Assembly (NCBI RefSeq): GCF_020745735.1
Contig: NC_083431.1
Location: forward strand, 48,388,496-48,452,495
Length of the DNA: 64,000 nucleotides
Direction: 5' to 3'
From: Hemiscyllium ocellatum
Lineage: Eukaryota
In this document: positions 24,183 through 35,258 of the stretch, in pieces
How the letters are laid out: each line of letters starts with the position of its first letter
Numbering within the stretch: the first letter of the stretch is position 1
Translations under genes and position numbers: made by a program
The notes under the pieces: model-generated
Seen by the model: only the letters and a program-made list of their open reading frames with translations
Told to the model about the DNA's origin: nothing
The model's database searches: none

Positions 24183-24950
24183 AAGCACAAGAAAACAATA
24201 GCTGTCTGTTTTTAAGAAAGAGTAGACATGTGGCAGTAACTGTTAACTGAGATAAGAACATTTCATATCAATTAGTTATTTTTCTTAAGTTCTTTTATCA
24301 ATTAGAATAATACTACAAGTAGACTTTAGTTATGATTCTTCAAGGTAATCATAGATATAGATTCCAAAGTAATTATAGATTTAACAAATATATAAATAAA
24401 ATCATAAAAGCATTAGCAGATCTAAAATCTAATTTCAGGCAAAACCGAAGAGGCCTCTCTTATCTCCTAACAAGGACAGCAGCTAAGAGAATTGGATTGC
24501 ATATTGATTTACACTGTATTTCCTTTGATCAGAAAGCTCAGAAGCCTTGGTGTTTATGTTACAGCCTTGTACAAGATAGCAGACATAGTTGTCACAGTTA
24601 AAAGATAAGGTTGCCGGTAACCATGAAAAGTTAAACATCTCATACTAAAATGACCCAATCGGAAAACAGAAACAACCAAATTGTTAATGTAAAATGATGT
24701 ACTAAGAAGTCAATTATGGTTAGCAAATCCAGCGCTATTGATCAATAGTATACAGGGGGAGGAAATGTATCAGGGATATGAGAAAATGTATAAATTAAGA
24801 AATTACACTGTATTGAGCCTGAGTGCAATGCGCTGTGTGGTATGTCTTGCATGTCTCTCCTTGCAAGCTACCTGTGATACTCGAATAAACTAAATATACC
24901 AGAACTCTGCTGCCTCCTGAAAGCTATTCCCATCAGAATTTTACTCCTAC
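24125..24950 (+). mobile_element. Putative solo LTR (ERV-like)
   Basis: Inverted ends TGTAGGA...TCCTAC, TATAAA at 24789 and AATAAA at 24884; flanks ggtt/ggtg. Confidence 0.5.
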
Positions 24951-25799
24951 GGTGAGTAAATATGATCGGCTGAATTTTGAATAAATGGAGTGCAGTTGTT
25001 AGGTTATGTCACTTGAAAATTGAACTCAATGATTTTTGCAACATATCTCAGATTGCTAAAACTCTTGCTACACTGCTTCAATGTTCTAGTCACATCACTT
25101 CTCACTTTGACTTTTGCCACAAACAATCCATTTCCATTCCCATTGCAGCTTTCCAGAGGTAGGAGCAACCCATGTAAAAAAGAGAAATATGAAGACAATG
25201 AAGAGTCAACAATAGAGGATGGTAGCACCAATATTAGTATTCCAGAGGCACAGCTAAAGTTTTAGGGATATGCATTAACTTCAACTGGTGGAATGTCAAT
25301 GTAATCAATTTCAGAAATATGGAATTCACAGTTAGTCTCCATTCTAGTAACTTCTAGAATGTAGTAAAAACCCAACCAAATCACTAAGGCATTTTAGGGA
25401 AGGAAATCTGCAAACCTTACGCAGTCTGGCCTACAAGTGAGTTTAGACCTCCGGCAAAATGGATGATTCATAATTGGCTTCTCAAGTGGCTAAGATCCAA
25501 CTGATGTAATTATAATTTAAGATTTATCGACTACTAAGTTGCAAATACTAATGATATTGATTTCCAAAACTTCAGACCCATGGTCCCAAGAGGCAAATCA
25601 GTGAATAAGAAATAAAAGTGGAACTACAGCCAACTTTCAGGGTTTCATTAGCTGCATTTCTAAGGATGGGCCCACACTCGTTCCTGAAGTCACATACAAC
25701 AACCGGATGCTATAATTATTACACAGAGTCTTTAAATGTCTTTACATGTTGAGTCAAAAGGCTGAGTTGCATACTTGTATGCCTTGTTTGTATGCTTGC

Positions 25800-26745
25800 A
25801 TGGCCCCCTTAAATCAACTGTCTGTTTTCTATTTGTTAGCCCATCCTCTATCCATATTAATTTACTAACTCCAACACTACGGGTTCTTATCTTAGTAAAA
25901 AGCTTAATTGAAGGTACCTTATCAAACACCTTCTGAAAAATCCAAAAATATTACATTCACTGCTTCCCCTTTATTTATCCTATTACCTCCTCAGAGAATT
26001 CTAATTAAGGTGCCAAGCATAACTCCCCCTTCATGAGACAATACTGAATCTGCTTGATCATATTATGTATTTCTAAATGCTTTGCTATTACATTCATTAT
26101 CGCACTATAGGATCTACAGGTTAGTTTCTTGAAGTATATTTTGAGAATGTGATCACTAAAAATCAATCCTCATTTCCCTAATGTTACTTTGTAAAAGCTA
26201 TTTCTAAACAATATATAGAATTATGGAAACACTCTTTCTATACTTTGGATATAATAAAGGGCAGTGTCTTGGATGATAAGAAGCCATACAGCAAAGCTTC
26301 ATTTAATATATACAAAGGAACACATTTTTCCAATAACAGACTGGCCTATAGTTAAATCTTTTTTTGTTTTTTTTTCCTTTTTAAATAAAAGGTATTACAT
26401 GGATTTCTCCAGAATCTAAGAATTCCTGGAAAATTACTATCAGAACATCCACTATCTCTGGAGCTGCTTCCATTAATATTTTAGGATGAAACCCATCAGG
26501 TCCAGGGACTAGTTTCTTGAGCACTTTTTCTCTCGTGATAATTTATGCATTTGTTTCAAGCTTTTTTGCCTTTTAAATATGTCATAATTTTGGAATGCTA
26601 TTAGTGTATTCTATTGTGAAGACTAATGCAAAATATTTATTCAACTCCTCTGTCATTTTCTGGTTTCCCATTATTCTTTCCTCAGCCTCATCTTTAAGAG
26701 GCCTACATAAAATTTAGCTTCTCTATTCCTTTGTATATATTTAAT
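25800..26745 (-). mobile_element. Old CR1 RT fragment
   Basis: ORF 25732 (FDKVPSIKLFTKIR..WIEDGLTNRKQTV); cccatcaggtccaggg encodes SPGPDG on the minus strand. Confidence 0.75.
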
Positions 26746-26941
26746 GACGCTTTGTTGTATGGCTTCTTGTCATCCAAAATACTGCCCTTTATTAAATCCA
26801 ACGTATAGAAAGAGTGTTTCCATAATTCTATATATTGCTTAGAAATAGCTTTTACAAAGTAACATTAGCGAAATGAAGATTGATCTTTAGTGATCACATT
26901 CTCAAAATATACTTCAAGAAATTAACCTCTACATCCTATAG
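26105..26941. repeat. Long inverted repeat: 216-bp arms (26105-26320 / 26726-26941), 405-bp spacer
   Basis: Manual alignment gives about 15 mismatches (~93%). Confidence 0.92.
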
Positions 26942-28524
26942 GCCAGAAATAGTTTACCTTAAATCCTAAAGATTAGCAGGTGATCAGTCGACCAAAGTAA
27001 ATTTACTACAATGTGCAGGAGGTCTATTTCTTATTTTTCAAAACGTCTGTTTCTGCTGGATCACATGAAATTTTAAAACATGGTGTGTGCACCATGCAGA
27101 CCATAAGAAAGTATTAACTGCACCACAGCTAGACATCGGTAAAATGACCTATCAGTTAAATAAAACTCTCCAGGAAGCCATGACAAAAAACACAAATTTA
27201 AACATCTTCAAACAAGAACTGAAATATTGTAAAAATCTATATAGGTGGATTGTTGGGATGGAATCAAGCTGTGACCAAAGCAGATGTATGATCATATTAT
27301 TTTTGAAAGTTCATGAATGCTTTACATTTTGTGCCACAAGACTAATTTCAAATTGACTTATTTTTCTAACTCCACAAATATCATCTTGAACACATACAAA
27401 TTTGATGAGGGAGACTCTTCAGGTATTTATTCTTAGTTACTTGTGCTTTCCATGGAATGACATTAATCAGGAAACAATTTATTGATGACTTCTTATTTCT
27501 CATTTCAGCAAAGTACAATAAATCGCCCTTTGGCTTGAAGGAGAAACAAATTTACTCTGACAGAATAAGTCTGGCGGATTAAATCACCAGCTGTCAATTG
27601 TCAGCAAAAAGGCAGCCTGAAAGGCTTCTAAAACATGCTGCAATTTCTTCAGTTGAAGTACTGTAAGAGAATCTGCTAAATTTGCTTCTGTGTTAGCAAG
27701 CACAGAGCACTGAACAGCAAACTGACAAAACCCATGGTGAAAGTGTAGCTTTCATCAATAAAATATAAATTTCTTATTAAAAGCTTACATCCTGGCAAAA
27801 CCCAAAGGGTCTTTGACTAAAAAAAAGGAGTTGACATCTTACACAGGCTGCATCACTTTATAAAATACCTAAGAGTGACCAATAAATTCTATGTTGTGAA
27901 CAACAACAAAATATCTACATGAAAAGTCAGGCTCCAGAGTTAAGGCAACTATTTACTGAATCACCCACAGGCAGAGCCTCAGTCTTTGTTCTGAAGCTAT
28001 GTTCTGACAGGATTTACAAAAAGGTTTGTTGATCTCAGCTCCTGATTGGAGTCAGAGTCTGCACGTCAAGTGCTGTGGGATTAAATACTATGAGAAAACG
28101 GTTATTGCAAGGTAGCTTAACTATGACATTTTGTTTCTTGTGAACAATATTTTGGTTAAAAGACTGAATAAATGTAATGCTTCAAACCTTGTAAGTGCTT
28201 TGTTGCGTCAAGTTTTATGTCTGGGTGGTTGAAGTTGACTGCAAAAATCCATTGCTTGGCAAAATGGCTAGGATTTTAAAAATAAAACAGACACATTAGT
28301 AATATTTAAAATAATTGTGAAGTGCAACTTTTAACATGTTTATCTTCAGAAAAAGGTATTCATCAAAGGAAATCTACCTAATGAAGTATTCTTTAAGATT
28401 TATAATTAGAATAAATATTTTCTTATATTGCATGTTTATCCTTTGGTACAAAAAGCCTTTGAAAAGCTAGGTAATAAAGGCATATTTTCCTCCAATTATC
28501 AGATTTCCATAAAAGTCTATCTCT

Positions 28525-28880
28525 AGCAAGTTTTGAGAAGATTTGTAGCTCAGGTTGAGGTTCTGGGCGCAATTTTGCTCGCTGAGCTGGAAGGTTCATT
28601 TTCAGATGTTTCATCACCATACTCGGTGACATCATCAGTGAGCCTCCGGTGAAGCACTGGTGGTATGGCCTGCTTTTTATTTGTGTGTTAGGTTTCCTTG
28701 GGTTGGTTGTGCTATTTCTGGTGGTGATGTCATTTCCTGTTTTTTTTCACAAGAGTGGTAGATGTGATCCAAGTCAACGTGTTTGTTGATAAGAGTCCCT
28801 GTTGGAGTGCCATGCTTCTAGGAATTCTCGTATGTGTCTCTGTTTGGCTTGTCCTAGGGACAACGTTGTGTCCCAGATCA
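28525..28880 (-). mobile_element. Penelope 3' fragment with terminal repeat
   Basis: Reverse homolog of 20850-21180 (REFLEAWHS end plus tail). Confidence 0.88.
28602..28641 (-). ncRNA. Minimal hammerhead ribozyme
   Basis: Minus strand: tca-CTGATGA-t-GTCACC gagtat GGTGAT-GAAA-C-ATC-tga. Confidence 0.7.
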
Positions 28881-28959
28881 TTTTCAGGTTGACAGACTGT
28901 AATTATAAGCCCTTTGGCCTCAGTTAGTTATGATTATGTTAATTATTTCAGTGAGGGGA

Positions 28960-30110
28960 CCAAGCTTATGTGTTTTCAAGTTTGCTGACAATACCAATTG
29001 AGCAGGGGAGATAAACTGTGAGGAGGATACAAAGAAGTTGCAAATGGACAACTGGTAAATGAGAAGACAAGAACAAAGCAGATGGCAGTTGAAGTAGAGA
29101 AGTATGAAGCTATCTCCGTCGACAGGAAAAATAGAAAAGCAGCACAGATTTTAAATGGTGAAAATATGGAAATAAGACCATCAGATATAGGAGCAGAAAT
29201 CAGGCCATTCAGCCCTTTGAGCCTGCTCTGCCATCTAATTATGGCTGATAAGTTTCTCAACCCCATTCTCCTGCTTTCTCCCTATAACCCTTGATCTCCT
29301 TGACACTCAAGAATCTATCTATCTCAGTCTTAAATATACTCAATGACGTGGCCTCCACAGGCTTCTGTGGCAATGAATTCCATAGATTCACCACTCTCAG
29401 CTGAAGAACTTTCTTATTTCCGTTCTAAAAAGTTACTCTAAGGTTATGACCTCGAGTCAGAGTCTCTCCTGCCAATGCAAACATCTTCCCAACATCTACT
29501 CTGTCCAGGCCATTCAGTATTCTGCATGTCTCAATTAGATCCCTCTTCATCCCTCTAAACTCCATTGAGTATGAAACCTAAAGTCCTCAAACGTTCCTCA
29601 TATGTTAAGCGTTTCGTTCCTGGGACCATTCTCATGAACCTCCTCTGAACATGGTCCAGGGCCAGTATATCCTTCCTGAGATATGGGGCCCAAAACTGCA
29701 CTCCAAATGTTTGTGTTCAGGGTGGTGTTTATACACGGGTTATAGAAAGCGAACGCGCAGTGTAGCCAAGGATTGGGAAAGCAAATGGTATTTCAGACTT
29801 TATGACAAAGGATTTTAGATGAGAGCAAAGTAGCCTTATGGCAATTGCATACGGTATTGGTGAGGTTACATCTGGAGTACTGTGTATAGGTAGATCAAAA
29901 TCATAATGTCAATGCATCCTTACTTGGGTATGAAGTACACTAAATTTTCATATGATTGATGCCTAGAATCAGGGACTTGTCCCATGAGGAGGGATTAAAT
30001 AAACTAAGTCCATATCTCCTAGACTTTAGAAGAAATCATTTAATTGAAACATATAAAATTGTTAAAGGGTTTGCCAGTAGATGGAGATAGATTTACCCTC
30101 GTTGAGAAAT
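28960..30110 (+). mobile_element. Old CR1 RT fragment interrupted by a younger inverted CR1
   Basis: caagtttgctgacaatacc; ggtgaggttacatctggagtactgtgta (VRLHLEYCV). Confidence 0.65.
29171..29710 (-). mobile_element. CR1 3' fragment
   Basis: ataagaccatcagatataggagcagaaatcaggccattcagccc tail through ggggcccaaaactgcac. Confidence 0.85.
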
Positions 30111-30556
30111 GAAGAACTACAGCCCATCAGCAATATACAAACAATTTTTGTTTCGGAATTGGCAGGGCAATTTTGATTTGGGATTACTGAATCAGGAAAC
30201 AGGCAAGTAAGTGCTAAAGCAGTCTGGTTAGAAGGGCAGCTCTTTTAGAAGCTAGTAGGCTTATTAGTACTCAGCTCTCGTACCCCCTCAACATCCCATC
30301 TAGTCGCTACACCATCAAACCAAATTATGACTCCCACGCTTGCCCTCATACCCCCTCCTTAACCACCTAACCAGCATCCACCAAAAGAAAACCCAAGAGT
30401 CATGTGGAAACTTTTTAAAAATAATAATTAAATGCAGCACATACTCAGATGTATCTAATATTGAAATAGACTCTCATTTTTGAATGTCATTCAAAACTTT
30501 GTTTACCTATTATGAAAACTTCTATTGAGTAGCCACATTAAAAAAAAGATAATCTT

Positions 30557-33552
30557 GCTCAGGGATGGACAGGACTGGCAGCTGAATGTTCCAGGATACA
30601 AATGTTACAGGAAGGAGTGAAAGGGAGGCAAAAGAGGAGGGAGAGTGGCATTTTTGATAAGGGATAGCATTACAGCTGTGCTGAGGGAGGATATTCCCGG
30701 AAATACATCCAGGGAAGTTATTTGGGTGGAAATGAGAAATAAGAAAGGGATGATCACCTCATTGGGATTGTATTATAGACCCTGGATTAGTGGTGCTGGA
30801 AAAGCACAGCAGTTCAGGCAGCATCCGAGAAGCAGTAAAATCGACGTTTCAGGCAAAAGCCCTTCATCATTCCTGATGAAGGGCTTTTATCCGAAATGTT
30901 GATTTTACTGCTTCTCAGATGCTGCCTGAACTGCTGTGCTCTTCCAGCACCACTAATCCACAATCTGGTTTCCAGCCTCTGCAGTCATTGTTTTTACCTT
31001 GTATTATAGACCCCCTCCCCCCCACCCCCCCAATAGTCAGAGGGAAATTGAGAAACAAACTTGTAAGGAGATCTCAGCTATCTGTAAGAATAATAGGGTA
31101 GTTACAATAGGGGATTTTAACTTTCCAAACATCGACTGGGACTGCCATAGGGTTAAAGATTTAGATGAACAGGAAATTCTTAAGTGTGTACAAGATAATT
31201 TTCTGATTCAGTATGTGGATGTACCTACTAGAGAAGGTGCAAAGCTTGAGGTGCAAAGAGTGACCTACTCTTGGGAAATAAGGCAGGGCAGGTGACTGAG
31301 GTGTCAGTGGGGGAACACTTTGGGGCCAGCGACCATAATTCTATTCGTTTTAAAATAGTGATGGTAAAGGATAGACCAGATCTAAAAGTTGAAGTTCTAA
31401 ATTGGAGAAAGGCCAATTTTGACGGTATTAGGCAAGAACTTTCAAAAGCTGATTGGAGGCAGATGTTCGCAGGTAAAGGGATGGCTGGAAAATGGGAAGC
31501 CTTCAGAAATGAGACAACAAGAATCCAGAGAAAGTATATTCCTGTCAGGATGAAAGGGAAGGCTGGTAGGATAGGGAATGATGGATGACTAATGAAATCG
31601 AGGGTTTGGTTAAGAAAAAGAAGGAAGCATATGTCAGGTATAGACAGGATAGATCGAGCGAATCCTTAGAAGAGTATAAAGGAAGTAGGTGTATACATAA
31701 GAGGGAAATCAGGAGGGCAAAACGGGGACATGAGATTGCTTTGGTAAATAGAATTAAGGAGAATCCAAAGGGGTTTTACAAATATATTAAGGACAAAAGT
31801 ATAACTAGGGAGAGAATAGGGCCCCTCAAAGATCAGCAAGGCGGCTTTTGTGTGGAGCCACCGAAAATGGGGGAGATACTAAATGAGTATTTTGCGTCAG
31901 TATTTACTGTGGAAAAGGATATGGAAGATATAGACTGTAGGAAAATAGATGGTGACATCTTGCAAAATGTCCAGATTACAGAGGAGGAAGTGCTGGATGC
32001 CTTGAAACGGTTAAAGGTGGATACATCTCCACGACCTGATCAGGTGTACCCGAGAACTCTGTGGGAAGCTAGAGAAGTGATTGCTGGGCCTCTTGCTGAG
32101 ATATTTGTATCATCAACAGTCACAGGTGAGGTGCCGGAAGACTGGAGGCTGCAAACGTGGTGCCACTGTTTAAGAAGGGCGGTAAAGACAAGCCAGGGGA
32201 CTATAGACCAGTGAGCCTGACCTCTGTGGTGGGCAAGTTGTTGGAGGGAATCCTGAGGGACAGGATGGACATGTATTTAGAAAGGCAAGGACTGATTCGG
32301 GATAGTCAACATGGCTTTGTGTGTGGGAAATCATGTCTCACAAACTTGATTGAGTTTTTTGAAGAAGTAACAAAGAAGATTGAAGAGGGTAGAGCAGTTG
32401 ATGTGATCTATATGGACTTCAGTAAGGCTTTCGACAAGGTTGCCCATGGGAGACTGATTAGCAAGGTTAGATCTTATGGAATACAGGGAGAACTAGCCAT
32501 TTGGATACTGAGCTAGCTCAAAGATAGAAGGCAGAGGGTGGTGGAGGGTTGTTTTTCAGACTGGAGACCTGTGACCAGTGGAGTGCCACAACGATTGGTA
32601 CTGGGCACTCAACTTTTTGTCATTCACATAAATGATAGGGATGCGAGCAGTTAGTAAGTAATTGGAGGTGTAGTGGACAACGAAGAGGGTTACCTCAGAT
32701 TACAACAGAATCTGGACCAGATGGGGCGAGGAGTGGCAGATGGAGTTTAATTCAGATAAATGCAAGGTGCTGCATTTTTGGAAAGCAAATCTGAGCAGGA
32801 TTTATACATTTAATGGTCAGGTCCTAGGGAGCGTTGCTGAACAAAGAGACCTTGGAGTGCAGGTTCATAGCTCCTTGAAAGTGGAGTCGCAGGTAGATAG
32901 GATAGTGAAGAAGGCGTTTGATATGCTTTCCTTTATTGGTCAGAGTATTGAGTACAGGAGTTGGGAGGTCATGTTGCGGCTGTACAGGACATTGGTTAGG
33001 CCACTGTTGGAATATCGCTTGCAATTTTGGTCTCCTTCCTATTGAAAAGCTGTTGTGAAACTTGAAAGGGTTCAGAAAAGACTTACAAGGATGTTGCCAG
33101 GGTTAGAAGATCTGAGCTACAGGGAGAGGCTGAACAGGCTGGGGCTGCTTTCCCTGAATCGTCGGAGGCTGAGGGGTGACCTTATAGAGGTTTACAAAAT
33201 TATGGGGGGCATGGATAGGATAAATAGACAAAGTCTTTTCCCTGGGGTCGAGGAGTCCAGAACTAGAGGGCATACGTTTAGTGTGAGAGAGGAAAGATAT
33301 AAAGAGACCTAAGGGGCAACTTTTTCACGCAGAGGTTGGTACGTGTATGGAATGAGCTGCCAGAGGATGTGGTGGAGGCTGGTACAATTGCAACGTTTAA
33401 GAGGCATTTGGATGGGTATATGAATAGGAAGGGTTTGGAGGAATATGGGCCGGGCGATGGCAGGTTGGACTAGATTGGGTTGGGATATCTGGTCGGCATG
33501 GACGGGCTGGACCGAAGGGTCTGTTTCCATGCTGTACATCTCTATGACTCTA
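30557..33552 (+). mobile_element. CR1 (HER1-like) LINE, most of ORF2 (APE endonuclease + RT) plus 3' tail; pseudogenised
   Basis: Endonuclease motifs YYRPP, IGDFNFPNIDW and ASDHN. RT motifs YRPVSLTSVVGKLLE, QHGF..KSCLTNL and YMDFSKAFDKV. Tail ctgtacatctctatgactcta. Multiple frameshifts. Confidence 0.97.
30783..30998. mobile_element. Fold-back hammerhead element inserted in CR1 endonuclease
   Basis: Perfect 15-bp TSD ttgtattatagaccc (30768-30782 / 30999-31013). Back-to-back cores at 30843-30870 (-) and 30873-30900 (+). Confidence 0.9.
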
Positions 33553-34849
33553 CTCTGTTGTCAATCAAACTGTGAACTCAGGATCTTCTACTAAATAACT
33601 AAGCCAAGAATTCGTAATAATATAAATAGTTTTTGGGAAATATTTACAAATAACTCTTTTGAAACTGGAATGGGTGATCATGTTTTTTTTTAAAAAACTA
33701 ATTTACAACATATAATCCAACAGATCATGTTTTTGTATTGGACTCTCAGGCCTGAATTTTTGCAGTCATGATTCTGGAAGTCTATCTTTTTCAAGGAACA
33801 CTCTATGACAATCCAATGTTGTACCCAAGAGGTCTGAATAATCATTCATTGAGCATATTAAAGACAGAGATTGATTAATGTTTTGTTAGAAAATGGTATA
33901 TTAAGGGATTCAAAGTCCATTAAGAAAAATCAACGAGGCTAAAATTGAACATGAAAATCAGTCACACTCTCAATAAATGGGGGAGCAGACCAAAGAGGCT
34001 GAATGATCTATTCCTGGTCCTGTATATGCACCTATGTTCTTATGAGTTTGCTGAAGAACAGAAATTATTGTCTGTGAAATAGAACTTACTTAAAGTGTGA
34101 TGGAAATAGCTCAGTTCCACATTCCTTTGATTTATCACCCATGGTATTTCTTCACAGAAATATGGGATGGGGAGATGAAAGGACTCTTAATAGAAAGATT
34201 TCCTGTAAGTATATTGACAGCCTGTGAGACTGAGAGCTACTGCTAGATTCTTTTAATGCACTTCAACTTGGATACACTAGGTCTATTGGCAAGAGTTTGC
34301 AGCAATTGTGCTGGGAAAAGGAGTAACCTGTTATATTCTTATATTCAAAAGGGAAGGAAAGAAATGTGAGCATTCACTCTCCCAAATCAAGGCAGATCCT
34401 GTTGCATTAGACTCATTTGAAAATAGCTTTTCAAAATAAACAATGAGCAACAAAATACCACGAGAAGCCACAGTTCTTACAGATTGTGATCTATATATTT
34501 TCCAGAAGCTAGCTCATTGTGGAACAGAGAAAGGGGTTGAGAAATCTGAAAATAAAATCCTTCCATGTCTCAAAGCCTAAAAAAAACTCCATAGGGACCA
34601 TTATATCAGTTTTCTGCAATAATATTCACATCTATTACATATTAATTTCAATCCTGCTATATCATTTATTATCCAGATACAGAAATGGGAATTAAGATAA
34701 GGTTTTTGTTCATTCATCAAGCCCTAATGACATTACTTTTTTTTTCTTTTCATGACAGTGAAATAGCTGCAAAATGAAAATGAAAGTCTAAGTTTAGACT
34801 TCCATCTGAGGCACGATAGACTTGATCGACAAGAATGGTATCAGGAGAA

Positions 34850-35220
34850 GGGACTACAGAGAAACTAGAAAAGCTAGGACTGTTTCTCTCACAGCAGAGA
34901 AGGTTAAATAGAAATTAAATAAAATATTCAAATGCATGAGCAATATGGTAAAGTTTCGACAATCAATTGGGTCAGAAACCAAAAGACACAAATTGAAAGT
35001 AATTGTCAAAAAAATCAGAGGGGTCATAAGGAGATTTTTTTTTCTCACACACTGAGTTGTAATGATTTAGACTCTATTGCCTGAAAGGGCGATGGAAGTA
35101 TTTTCAAAAGATAACTTTCGAAAAGCAAATGGATAAATACTTGAAGGGGAAAATATAAACTACTGGGCTCTGGGGGAAGAGCAAGGGACTGGCAATAATT
35201 GACAACACTACCAAAGAGTT
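34850..35220 (+). mobile_element. Old CR1 3' fragment
   Basis: ctaggactgtttctc...ctcacacactgagttgtaatgatttagactctattgcctgaaagggcg. Confidence 0.65.
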
Positions 35221-35258
35221 ACCAAATGCACACACATCAAAAGTGCTACATGCTTCTA

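Noticed and set aside
31585-33312. Longest ORFs (209, 119, 101 and 85 aa) as host genes
   Set aside because: They are frameshifted pieces of one CR1 ORF2.
34481-34545. 65-nt segment between ttttcag and gtaaga on the minus strand
   Set aside because: Splice-like signals occur by chance; the segment is frame-shifting and the peptide is not recognised.
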